Source: a virus
Lineage: Duplodnaviria; Caudoviricetes
Direction: 5' to 3' (one strand)
DNA length: 36,455 bases
Virus record (IMG/VR): IMGVR_UViG_3300027975_000009
Location: 1 to 36,455 of that record
Position numbers and translations under genes: made by a program. The stretch's first letter is position 1. The number at the start of each line of letters is the position of its first letter. Positions 7,783 through 16,201 of this stretch are shown here, one piece after another. The notes beneath the pieces are model-generated. The model saw only the letters and a program-made list of their open reading frames with translations, made no database searches and had not been told where the DNA came from.

Positions 7783-8277
7783 ATGGCAGGCGTTAAAGTA
7801 ACCGATTTAACCACGTTAGGAACGGCAGACCCAACGGATATCATGTACATCGTGGATACAACTGCGAACCAATCGAAGCAGATTGAAGTGCAAAACATCT
7901 ATGACGGTTTGCCGCAGTTTGAAAGTGGTAACTACACGCCAACAATAAGCGGAGCGAATGATTGCACTCCTACGGTATTACGTGCGCTTTACAGCCGTGT
8001 AGATAATATCGTAACGATGAGTATTTACTTTGATGTTGATTTAGACGCAGGGGTCGCAAATGGCAGCTTCAATATTAGCCCACCAGTTGGTTCGACTTTC
8101 ACAAACGCTCGCGATGCCTTTGGTGTTATAACGCCAATTACAAACCCTTTTTCTGAATTAATTAGTACATTTGTTAGTGCCGATACTGGCTCGAATCAAA
8201 TTAGTATAGGGGTTGAGGTTTCGGTGCCAGATGCTGCAATAACCGTAGTCGCCAACATCCAATACATCATTCTCTAA
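7783..8277 (+). CDS. Short fibre/decoration protein with a KISEL-like N-terminus
   Basis: N-terminus MAGVKVTDLTTL...DIMYIVD; C-terminal beta domain GNYTPT...YSRVDNIVT typical of fibre heads. Confidence 0.6.
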   Translation: MAGVKVTDLTTLGTADPTDIMYIVDTTANQSKQIEVQNIYDGLPQFESGNYTPTISGANDCTPTVLRALYSRVDNIVTMSIYFDVDLDAGVANGSFNISPPVGSTFTNARDAFGVITPITNPFSELISTFVSADTGSNQISIGVEVSVPDAAITVVANIQYIIL

Positions 8278-8736
8278 ATGCGCAGCACCTCGCTTCTCGG
8301 TCTGAATCTGATTAAGAAGTACGAGGGCTTGCGGCTTAGTTCCTATCTTTGCCCTGCTGGAGTGCCGACAATTGGATATGGCAGCACTCGCTACCCGAAC
8401 GGCAAGAAGATTCTGCTCGGCGAAAAGCTCGCAAGTGAAAAGGAGGCAACGCAATTGCTACTCGCTACACTTGAGCCATTTGAAGCGGCGGTAAATAAGC
8501 ACCTTCCGAATTTGAATCAATGCCAGTTCGATGCGTTGGTAGCATTCAGTTACAACGTTGGCACGGGTGCGCTGATAAAATCCACATTGCTAAAGAAAGC
8601 CAAAGTAAACGCAGCCGACCCTTCAATATTGGATGAGTTCCTGAAGTGGAACAAGGCAGGCGGCAAAGTGCTTACAGGGCTAACCAATCGCAGGCGCGAA
8701 GAAGCGAATTTGTATTTTTCACTTTGTAATAAATAA
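8278..8736 (+). CDS. Endolysin, GH24 phage lysozyme
   Basis: IKKYEGLRL..YLCPAGVPTIGYG, QFDALVAFSYNVG and GLTNRRREE motifs. Confidence 0.95.
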   Translation: MRSTSLLGLNLIKKYEGLRLSSYLCPAGVPTIGYGSTRYPNGKKILLGEKLASEKEATQLLLATLEPFEAAVNKHLPNLNQCQFDALVAFSYNVGTGALIKSTLLKKAKVNAADPSILDEFLKWNKAGGKVLTGLTNRRREEANLYFSLCNK

Positions 8737-8782
8737 GCCTTATTTGCCCCAACGTTCGGGATGCTTTCGCGTAATTTAACCT

Positions 8783-8989
8783 ATGCGAAAACGTGCTACC
8801 AAACCGAGGCGAATAATCGACATAATCGTAAAGCATTGGCGTAGCACAATCGGAAGCCTTATGATATTAGTTTCAATCTTTCTACTAATCTTTAAAGTTA
8901 TTTCAACCGAAACACTTGCGGCAATTGTAGCAACCCTAATTGCCGCAGGATACATACCAAAAGCTAAAGACGATGCAGCAAGTTCGTAG
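8783..8989 (+). CDS. Holin (putative)
   Basis: 68 aa, basic N-terminus, two hydrophobic segments, adjacent to the lysozyme. Confidence 0.75.
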   Translation: MRKRATKPRRIIDIIVKHWRSTIGSLMILVSIFLLIFKVISTETLAAIVATLIAAGYIPKAKDDAASS

Positions 8990-9371
8990 AGATACAATAA
9001 AGACCGTGCGCCATAGTAAGGTAAATGTCGACACTATGAGCTGGGAGGCGGCTAATGCAGACACAAGCTTTGCGCAAGCTAACCGCGAAAGCTTTGAGGC
9101 TGTAATGGCACAGCCGCGAAAGGAGAAAGTGCTTACTGCATTCGACACAATTCAGCCATGCGATGTATCTTTGTTAGCGGCTCCCACGTACTACACCGTC
9201 AAACCTCAGCCTGTAAGAAACACCAAAGATTTGGAGATGCCTATGAACTACGATATACTGTTAAACGGCATTGTGTTCAGCTTCACTCTGTGGATGTCGG
9301 CAAAGTACCTTATGACATGCGGTGCTGCATGGTCAAATCTTTTGCAGGACTTACGTAAAGAATTAGCCTAA
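8973..9371 (+). CDS. Hypothetical membrane protein in the lysis cassette
   Basis: ATG 8973 overlaps the holin end; one hydrophobic segment near the C-terminus. Confidence 0.55.
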   Translation: MQQVRRDTIKTVRHSKVNVDTMSWEAANADTSFAQANRESFEAVMAQPRKEKVLTAFDTIQPCDVSLLAAPTYYTVKPQPVRNTKDLEMPMNYDILLNGIVFSFTLWMSAKYLMTCGAAWSNLLQDLRKELA

Positions 9372-9388
9372 AAGTTCAATCCTTGCCT

Positions 9389-9396
9389 TATCTTTG
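9389..9396 (+). promoter_or_regulatory. -7 promoter box TATCTTTG
   Basis: TAnnTTTG, then 4 nt, then ATG 9401. Confidence 0.65.
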
Positions 9397-9400
9397 CGAT

Positions 9401-9967
9401 ATGGCAAGCCTGCACATCCTTGAGTCGAGCATCGACCTCTTCTATGTGATCACCGACAAGGATGGCAATATCGTCACCTCCAATGATTTGTTCAAGGAGT
9501 ACAGCAGCCACATTAAGCCCGGCAACATATTGGACATTGCGGCCAACGATTCCGATCGGGATGAGTTGCTAAGTGCAATCAGGAAGTCGCAGAAGAAAGC
9601 ACCGGACCCGATTCGCACCTATGCCAAGACAAAGCAGAAGATGGCCTCTGAGCGTTACAATATGTGGAATATTTATTCCATTGTTGACATGCTGCACTTC
9701 ATCGGTATTCAACTTGTCGATGTTACTTCCATAAGCAACCATGAGCATGAACGCCAGAAGATTCTTCTGGAAGAGTTCCGCTTCATGCTATCTCACGAAC
9801 TTCGCCAGCCATTGACTTCAATCGGAGGCTTGGTGAAGATGATGATTGAGCACGAAAGCGCAACGGATCAGGAGCGCAATGATGTGATGAAGATGCTTGC
9901 AAATAGCGTTGATAAGCTTGATGATGTCATCAGGTTATTAGTTAAGAAAGCAACCAGGCAAATATGA
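9401..9967 (+). CDS. PAS-like + HisKA (DHp) protein lacking the ATPase domain
   Basis: N-terminus ILESSIDLFYVITDKDGNIVTSN is PAS-like; H-box FMLSHELRQPLTSIGGL; protein ends after the second DHp helix. ATG 9401 preferred over TTG 9383. Confidence 0.85.
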   Translation: MASLHILESSIDLFYVITDKDGNIVTSNDLFKEYSSHIKPGNILDIAANDSDRDELLSAIRKSQKKAPDPIRTYAKTKQKMASERYNMWNIYSIVDMLHFIGIQLVDVTSISNHEHERQKILLEEFRFMLSHELRQPLTSIGGLVKMMIEHESATDQERNDVMKMLANSVDKLDDVIRLLVKKATRQI

Positions 9968-10158
9968 CCAACCTACCGGCGACCGATTGCGAATGTGATG
10001 AGAGACTTGTGAAGGTGCTGGCTGTTTATATTGCAGAAAAAGCTATGCCGCTGAAGGTGGCGGCTGATATCTTGCTCAATGAATTGCGCAACAAGGATGA
10101 GTACATCAAACGACTTAACGAACTAATACAATGCACCAGAGCAACATCAGCACACTGA
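9964..10158 (+). CDS. Hypothetical protein
   Basis: ATGA-coupled to the HisKA gene; predicted helical by eye. Confidence 0.6.
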   Translation: MTNLPATDCECDERLVKVLAVYIAEKAMPLKVAADILLNELRNKDEYIKRLNELIQCTRATSAH

Positions 10159-10775
10159 GCCTATTGGCAATCTGCTTGTTTATTCTGCTTCTGCTATTGC
10201 GCACATGCGGTGCATTGAGTGAATCGGAAAGCAATGCCATGTATCTTGATTCCCTGAATTCGGAGTACACTGTGCGCATCGCGAAGGATAGCGCGAAGAT
10301 ATATTCGCAAGCCGTCAAGCTCGCGGAGTCAGGCACGAAGCTGCGAGCCTTGCAGCTGCGAGAGCCTGAAGTGGTGGTGAGGTATCAGACGCGGACCAAG
10401 ATTAAGACCGAGCTGCAACTTGGCGAGACAGTCTACATCGACAGCTTTCCGCACTTGCGCCTGCCGAGGTCATTCAGCCGAGAGGGGAAGTTCCTTCAGA
10501 TAGGTGGCTCAATAAACCGCTTAGGAAGGCTTCAAATCGATTCTATTATCATTCCGGTAAGTTATACCGTTGCAATTGGAGATACGCTGCGTAAGGGCTT
10601 GTTTTCGCGTAAGCGTGACAAGGTGGTTCGCCTTGGCATAGACAATCCATATGTAAGCATTACAGGAATGCACAACGTGATTGTAGCAGACAAGCCGAAA
10701 AAGTGGTATCAGACTCAAGTTGCAGGGGCGGTATTCGGTGGGCTTGTCGGCTTTGCGATTTGTCGCGCAAAATAA
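10131..10775 (+). CDS. Spanin-like / lysis-associated membrane protein
   Basis: N-terminal TM segment, coiled coil, C-terminal KKWYQ...GAVFGGLVGFAI hydrophobic tail; last gene of the lysis block. Confidence 0.5.
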   Translation: MHQSNISTLSLLAICLFILLLLLRTCGALSESESNAMYLDSLNSEYTVRIAKDSAKIYSQAVKLAESGTKLRALQLREPEVVVRYQTRTKIKTELQLGETVYIDSFPHLRLPRSFSREGKFLQIGGSINRLGRLQIDSIIIPVSYTVAIGDTLRKGLFSRKRDKVVRLGIDNPYVSITGMHNVIVADKPKKWYQTQVAGAVFGGLVGFAICRAK

Positions 10776-10863
10776 TTGCGTTGATTATTAAGCACTTGCG
10801 ATTTTTTACGCTGGTGGTTTGCTGTTTTCTTTGTTTAGGTATTGTGAAATCAAAATAAGGTTG

Positions 10864-10871
10864 TACATTTG
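10864..10871 (+). promoter_or_regulatory. -7 promoter box TACATTTG (start of early region)
   Basis: TAnnTTTG with an upstream TTG in the intergenic region. Confidence 0.7.
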
Positions 10872-10892
10872 TCAAACAAAACAATCACAGCC

Positions 10893-11090
10893 ATGACAAC
10901 AGCAGCCTTCACAGAAATCGCAACTCAGAGCATCAGCAAGCTATCGACTTCTGATTTAATGACTGAAATCACAAAATTAAATGCAGATAATTCAACCGCA
11001 GCAACTATGGTTTGGAGTATCGCAATGGACATTTTAATGGATAGAATTTCAGAAAACGACTTTATAACTTTTTGCAATACACTTTCCTAA
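10893..11090 (+). CDS. Hypothetical early protein
   Basis: ATG after an A-rich leader; followed by a terminator. Confidence 0.65.
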   Translation: MTTAAFTEIATQSISKLSTSDLMTEITKLNADNSTAATMVWSIAMDILMDRISENDFITFCNTLS

Positions 11091-11097
11091 CCTTAAC

Positions 11098-11122
11098 GGG
11101 GGCCCTAACCGCCCCCTTTTTT
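11098..11122 (+). terminator. Intrinsic terminator
   Basis: GGGGGC-CCTAACC-GCCCCC-TTTTTT. Confidence 0.8.
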
Positions 11123-11148
11123 CCTTAAACTTTTACACCTTTATACAC

Positions 11149-11460
11149 ATGCACACACCAGAACTCTCAACAGCAACGACCTTCAAAAATTGGAAGGGCA
11201 CAGAATTTTTCCACTACAATCACTTAACCGGCACAATGGTCATGGTTGTAAATGACGGATGCATCAAAGGGCTTTACACCCGATGCGATAGCCAAGCCGC
11301 TAACCTCGCACGCCAATACCATCGCAGCATGGAGCACGGCGTTGCACCTGAGAAACGCCTTTGGGATCCTTGCAAGATGGATGAATTCCACAACAACTTT
11401 GCACTCGTTACCGAGTATCTTCACGAACAATCAACTCAAGCACTTTTAACCTCAATTTAA
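11149..11460 (+). CDS. Hypothetical protein
   Basis: ORF track; co-oriented and well spaced. Confidence 0.65.
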   Translation: MHTPELSTATTFKNWKGTEFFHYNHLTGTMVMVVNDGCIKGLYTRCDSQAANLARQYHRSMEHGVAPEKRLWDPCKMDEFHNNFALVTEYLHEQSTQALLTSI

Positions 11461-11470
11461 TCTTTAAACC

Positions 11471-12133
11471 ATGAAAGCACCAGTAAACTCTGGCAATGGC
11501 TCAAGCCGCCAAATCGCTCCCGAAGGAGCACACGTAGCAAGATGCTACCAAATCATTGACAAGGGAACCACCTTCGACGAGAAGTGGGGAAACAAGAAAC
11601 GCAAAGTTCAATTCTTATTTGAACTGCCAATGGAAACCGCAGTCTTCAGCGATGAAAAAGGAGAACAGCCGTTCTATGTTAAGACAGTATTCAACCTCAG
11701 CATGGGCGAAAAGGCATCACTTCGCAAGTTCGTTGAATCATGGATTGGCAAAAAGATGACCGATGCGCAAGCTGGAGACTTCGACATCATCAAGCTACTC
11801 GGCCACTCTTGCATGGTAAACATCGCACACAATGGCAAAGACGACCGCACCTATGCAAACATCATGAGCATCTCGCCGCTTCCAAAAGGGATGGCGTGCC
11901 CTCCAGCAATCAACGAACTTCTAAGCTATGACAGCACAGAGCACGATGATGCAGTATTCAACAAGCTGCCGGACTTCCTGAAGGATGACATCCGCAAAAG
12001 CGATGAGTGGATTGCTCGGACTACTGCCAAGCCTGCCGCTGTGCCTGCCCCAAAATGGGAAAGCACAACTGTAACTGATGAGCCGGATCTTGACAGCCTA
12101 TTCGCTAACGACTCAGACGGCCTACCATTCTAA
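11471..12133 (+). CDS. Single-stranded DNA-binding / replication protein (putative)
   Basis: PEGAHVARCYQIIDKG...YANI pattern and acidic C-terminal tail ending DGLPF, as in phage SSBs. Confidence 0.7.
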   Translation: MKAPVNSGNGSSRQIAPEGAHVARCYQIIDKGTTFDEKWGNKKRKVQFLFELPMETAVFSDEKGEQPFYVKTVFNLSMGEKASLRKFVESWIGKKMTDAQAGDFDIIKLLGHSCMVNIAHNGKDDRTYANIMSISPLPKGMACPPAINELLSYDSTEHDDAVFNKLPDFLKDDIRKSDEWIARTTAKPAAVPAPKWESTTVTDEPDLDSLFANDSDGLPF

Positions 12134-12141
12134 AAACAACA

Positions 12142-12171
12142 AAGGCCGAGGACACACAACACCTCGGCCTT
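12142..12171 (+). promoter_or_regulatory. Intergenic hairpin without a U tract
   Basis: AAGGCCGAGG-ACACACAACA-CCTCGGCCTT, a perfect 10-bp stem. Confidence 0.55.
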
Positions 12172-12189
12172 ACTCACATATCAAAACAC

Positions 12190-12819
12190 ATGAACAGCAT
12201 CGCAAAGATAACAATTCCAATTGAGAAATTGTATCAGACAATAAATTCAGCTGAGGTATTGTCAGCCCAGCAAATAATCGAACGCAACAGCTATGAAGGC
12301 GTAGCGTATCCAATCGACAACGTAATGCACTACGCCGCTGCATCCAATGCCATAGCGGAAGTGAACAAGGCCATTAAGGCCATTCAAGATGCGCGCAAGA
12401 TGGTCACCGGCCCTCTTGATGCCTACAAGAAAGAACTCATGCGCATCGAGTCCGATGCAACAATGCCGCTGCAAAGCTTCATCGCATCGACAAAAACGGC
12501 AATGCTGGAATATAACGCAGCTTGCGAGAAGCAATTCGCAGCCGAGCAAGAGAAGGCCACTACACTTGAGAGCCTTGTGGATAACACCGCTGAGGTGAGC
12601 ATCCAGCACAGCCACATCAAAGGCATTCGCACCATCCGCCGCACTCGCATCAATGGCGAAGTAGACTGGATGAAGGTGCTGAGTGTCCTGTTCGGCTCTG
12701 GCATGTACAAGCCCGAAGACCTCACGCAGAACCTACTTAAGGCAATGGAGAAGTGCGGCGTGGATTCCATCGCAGGCATCGAGATTTATGAAGAGAAAAT
12801 CCAAACAATAACACGATGA
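12190..12819 (+). CDS. Coiled-coil protein of the recombination module
   Basis: Long helices and C-terminal IAGIEIYEE, a pattern common beside phage recombination genes. Confidence 0.6.
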   Translation: MNSIAKITIPIEKLYQTINSAEVLSAQQIIERNSYEGVAYPIDNVMHYAAASNAIAEVNKAIKAIQDARKMVTGPLDAYKKELMRIESDATMPLQSFIASTKTAMLEYNAACEKQFAAEQEKATTLESLVDNTAEVSIQHSHIKGIRTIRRTRINGEVDWMKVLSVLFGSGMYKPEDLTQNLLKAMEKCGVDSIAGIEIYEEKIQTITR

Positions 12820-13052
12820 AGCATAACCCTACCAAGCAGGTGCGCGAAATACTTGAGCGCGTGCCTGCAACACGCAAGAGCGATGCAAGGCTAATCGCTT
12901 ACGTCTGGGCCGACACAATCGGCTATGACAAACTCAATGCAACAACTGCAAAGGAGGTACTCGACATGATGAGCGAGGGCAAGCTTCCAGCTGCCGAAAG
13001 CATCCGCAGAGCACGCCAAAGAGCACAACGGTCTAACCCAAATTTGAAGTAA
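12816..13052 (+). CDS. Hypothetical protein
   Basis: Translationally coupled on both sides. Confidence 0.65.
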   Translation: MKHNPTKQVREILERVPATRKSDARLIAYVWADTIGYDKLNATTAKEVLDMMSEGKLPAAESIRRARQRAQRSNPNLK

Positions 13053-13642
13053 TGACACGCGAAGACTACATAAAATACCCAGCGGTAAGCGCAAGCAGGA
13101 TCAAACGATTCTACACGGGAGACATCAGCTATGCAAAGGCATCGCTTAACTATGGCAAGGACTTTCACTATTCGCTCCTCGAATGCGACTACTCAGAGAT
13201 GGGCGATGCAGTCCGAAACACCTATGATGCAATTCACCAGGTGGAACTACTTGGTGAGCTATTCGACAAATCAGAGAAGGAGCGCATAGTGGTGAGTGAG
13301 CTCACAGTTGGAGATAAGACCGTACTCGCCAAAGGTGCGATGGATATCTGCTGGGATGAGATGAAGATAATCGCTGATGTGAAGACCACAACGGCAAAGA
13401 ACTTGAAAGCCTTCGCTGATGACATGATAAAGCACTTCAACCATGTGCAGGCTGTGTGGTACTGCATGCTGATGGGCTGGGATCCGAAAGACTTCTACTA
13501 CATCGGAGTGCCTCCAAAGGTCAAGAAGTCGGGGCAGTTCAAAGACCTCTACCTATACCGGCACAACCAGCAAGAGCTCGACCATGCTTACGAGCTAATC
13601 GCAAATTTCCTCAATCAATTCGATGGCAACTATGGGAAATAA
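13052..13642 (+). CDS. PD-(D/E)XK exonuclease (RecE/DUF3799-like)
   Basis: VSASRIK, GKDFH, KGAMD...IADVKTT and Q..WY motifs. Confidence 0.8.
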   Translation: MTREDYIKYPAVSASRIKRFYTGDISYAKASLNYGKDFHYSLLECDYSEMGDAVRNTYDAIHQVELLGELFDKSEKERIVVSELTVGDKTVLAKGAMDICWDEMKIIADVKTTTAKNLKAFADDMIKHFNHVQAVWYCMLMGWDPKDFYYIGVPPKVKKSGQFKDLYLYRHNQQELDHAYELIANFLNQFDGNYGK

Positions 13643-14249
13643 GTATCCAAAAGAGGTCATTGACTACATCATCGAAGCATATCCAACAACGCGGACAGCA
13701 GAGATGGCTGAGGTACTCGGCATAAGCGAGAACAAGGTTTACCAGCTAGCGAACTCTCGCGGCATCAAAAAGACAAAGGAGTACATCCGCGAAATACATG
13801 GTCCTGTTGTGTCACTTGCCGGAATAAACAACCGATTCTACAAAGGCCAAGAGGCTTGGAACAAAGGAATAAAAGGACGTAACAACGCACCAGGGCACAC
13901 GCTATTCAAGCCGGGCCATATGCCTGCAAACCACAAGCCTATCGGATGGACTCGCGTAGATGGCGAAGGCTACACATGGATGAAGATTGCAGAAGGCCGT
14001 CAAGGCTGGGTGATGATTCATCGCCTTGCCTGGGAACTGGAGAACGGCCCAATCCCTGAAGGCAAGTTCCTTCGCTTCATCGATGGGAACAAAGACAACT
14101 GGCAAGTCGAGAACCTCATGCTGGTAGATCGCGAAAGCAACATGCGACTTAACACAATTCACCGATACCCTGAAGAGGTCAAATCGGCAATGAAAATACT
14201 TTCTAAACTAAAACGTAAAATCCAAACACATGGCAAAGAACAAGATTGA
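13632..14249 (+). CDS. HNH endonuclease-family protein
   Basis: FKPGHMP, HRLAWELENGPIP, FIDGNKDNWQVENL. Start could be 13623. Confidence 0.85.
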   Translation: MGNKYPKEVIDYIIEAYPTTRTAEMAEVLGISENKVYQLANSRGIKKTKEYIREIHGPVVSLAGINNRFYKGQEAWNKGIKGRNNAPGHTLFKPGHMPANHKPIGWTRVDGEGYTWMKIAEGRQGWVMIHRLAWELENGPIPEGKFLRFIDGNKDNWQVENLMLVDRESNMRLNTIHRYPEEVKSAMKILSKLKRKIQTHGKEQD

Positions 14250-14442
14250 ACACCTAAGAGACCACCTATTCGAGACAATCGAGATGCTCAAAGATGGTGA
14301 CATGGATCTCGACAAAGCACGCACAATCGCTGAGGTCGCTCAAGTAATTATTAACTCCGCAAAGGTTGAAGTTGATTTCATCAAGACCGTGCACGGCAAC
14401 GGCTCGGACTTCATCCCAATGGATAAAAGACTTGAGGCATGA
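14230..14442 (+). CDS. Hypothetical protein (LRDHLFETIE...IINSAKVEV type)
   Basis: Overlaps the HNH gene end; this pairing is recalled from other phages. Confidence 0.65.
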   Translation: MAKNKIEHLRDHLFETIEMLKDGDMDLDKARTIAEVAQVIINSAKVEVDFIKTVHGNGSDFIPMDKRLEA

Positions 14443-14660
14443 AAAAGCAGACAGCAGTTGAGTGGTTAGCACTTAAATTTTCAGAATCTTCAGAATATGA
14501 ATTAGCAGAAAACATAAATATTTGGTTTGGACAAGCCATCGCAATGGAGAAGGAGCAGATACTTGAAGCTTATCGAGAAGGCAGAACAGACCAAGATAGC
14601 GGCATGGAGAAGTTTCACAATCGCAGCTCTGCAATGTACTACAACCAAACCTACGGCTAA
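14439..14660 (+). CDS. Hypothetical protein (KQTAVEWL...MEKEQI type)
   Basis: Coupled ORF; motif recalled from Bacteroidota phage small proteins. Confidence 0.65.
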   Translation: MKKQTAVEWLALKFSESSEYELAENINIWFGQAIAMEKEQILEAYREGRTDQDSGMEKFHNRSSAMYYNQTYG

Positions 14661-16201
14661 TGACCCTCCGCCCCTACCAGGAACGATTCATTAACAACAT
14701 CGCTGCGAAGCTGAGTACCCACCGCAAGGTGGTTGCGCAGCTCGCAACTGGTGGAGGCAAGACTGTGTGCTTCGCTGCAATTTGCGACCGCTTCACAGCG
14801 CGCAACAGCACGGATATCCTAATCCTTGTGCATCGCGAAGAACTGCTCGCACAGGCCACTAAAGCCATTCGCCTCCAATCGCAAGCCGTGACCGCCGGCA
14901 TGAAGTCGATACCGCATGCTCGCGTCTATGTGGCAATGGTTGAGACGGCATACAAGCGGCTCGACAAGTTCGCCAACATCGGGCTTGTGATTGTAGATGA
15001 GTGCCATATCGGTAACTTCACCAAGGTCATCGAGCACTTCACGCAGTCTTATATCATCGGCTTCACAGCAACGCCGCTTGCAGCTCGCAAGACCAATCCG
15101 CTGCGCAACTACTTCGATGACATCGTGTGCGGCATCGACATCCCAGAACTAATCGAGCAGGGCTTCCTTTGCCCCGAACTAACCTACTCAGCGGCTCAGA
15201 TTGTGGACCGCGCAAGGCTCAAGATGAAAGCTGGTGACTTCGATGCAGCACAGATGGCGGCGGCATATAAAGCCCCTAAGTACATTGAGACAACCATAAA
15301 CGCCTACAAGCAGCACTCACTCGGCCGCAAGACCATAATCTTCAATTGCAATGTTGAGCACTCTATGGCCGTTAACGCTGCGTTCCAATCTGCTGGATTC
15401 AACTCTCGACATCTCGATGCTGACTCGCCTGATCGCTCTGAGGTGCTCCAATGGTTCGCCAACACTCCCGATGCAATACTCAACAACATCGGAATTGCAA
15501 CCACCGGATTTGACCAGCCCGACATCGAGACCGTAATCGTAAACAAGGCCACAGCATCAATGCCCTTATGGCTCCAGATGTGCGGACGCGGAGCACGGCC
15601 ACACCCCGTGAAGCTCGCATTCACCATCATCGATCTTGGAGGCAACTGCATCACGCATGGCCTCTGGTCATCACCTCGCAACTGGAGCAATATCTTCCAC
15701 AATCCAAAGAAGCCAGGCGAAGGGGTGGCTCCGGTAAAAGAGTGCCCTGATTGCGGCGCACTTATGCACACCGCCGTTCGCCTTTGCGATTGCGGCCATG
15801 CCTTCCCAGTAATCAAACCAAAGGACGAGGCCATCGAGAAGTTCATCCAAGTATCTAAGGCCATCGATGTAAAAAAGATAATTGAATCAAATGCACATTA
15901 CAAGGATTATCGCTCTCTATATGTGTTAGTTGAGCAAGTTTTCAACAAGGCTGTGCGCATATTTCATAACCCGACACCTCAGCAACACGCACAAATCGAA
16001 AAAGAAATTCACGAACTTGCGAGGCTCTGGTGCCGCGAAAAAGGCAAACGCTTTGACCAGTTCCACAGGCAGCTCATACAAGATAAACTCACAGAACTAT
16101 GCTCATCTCACACTACAACTCTATCTACACAAAACAAGCCGATGATGTCGAGCTCACTTCCTTTTTGGAAGGAGTCAGAACCGGCAAATGGCAGGACATA
16201 G
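14660..16201 (+). CDS. SF2 DExH-box helicase with C-terminal Zn ribbon
   Basis: LRPYQ, ATGGGKT, IVDECH, TAT, TGFD, QMCGRGAR, CPDC...CDC. Confidence 0.93.
   Translation: MTLRPYQERFINNIAAKLSTHRKVVAQLATGGGKTVCFAAICDRFTARNSTDILILVHREELLAQATKAIRLQSQAVTAGMKSIPHARVYVAMVETAYKRLDKFANIGLVIVDECHIGNFTKVIEHFTQSYIIGFTATPLAARKTNPLRNYFDDIVCGIDIPELIEQGFLCPELTYSAAQIVDRARLKMKAGDFDAAQMAAAYKAPKYIETTINAYKQHSLGRKTIIFNCNVEHSMAVNAAFQSAGFNSRHLDADSPDRSEVLQWFANTPDAILNNIGIATTGFDQPDIETVIVNKATASMPLWLQMCGRGARPHPVKLAFTIIDLGGNCITHGLWSSPRNWSNIFHNPKKPGEGVAPVKECPDCGALMHTAVRLCDCGHAFPVIKPKDEAIEKFIQVSKAIDVKKIIESNAHYKDYRSLYVLVEQVFNKAVRIFHNPTPQQHAQIEKEIHELARLWCREKGKRFDQFHRQLIQDKLTELCSSHTTTLSTQNKPMMSSSLPFWKESEPANGRT

Noticed and set aside
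5182-8277. Diversity-generating retroelement acting on fibre genes
   Set aside because: No reverse transcriptase gene, and no template/variable repeat pair with adenine-specific differences was seen.
10786-10798. IHF-like site TATTAAGCACTTG, or an attP, upstream of the early promoter
   Set aside because: One mismatch to a degenerate consensus in AT-rich DNA and no integrase in the genome; not supportable.
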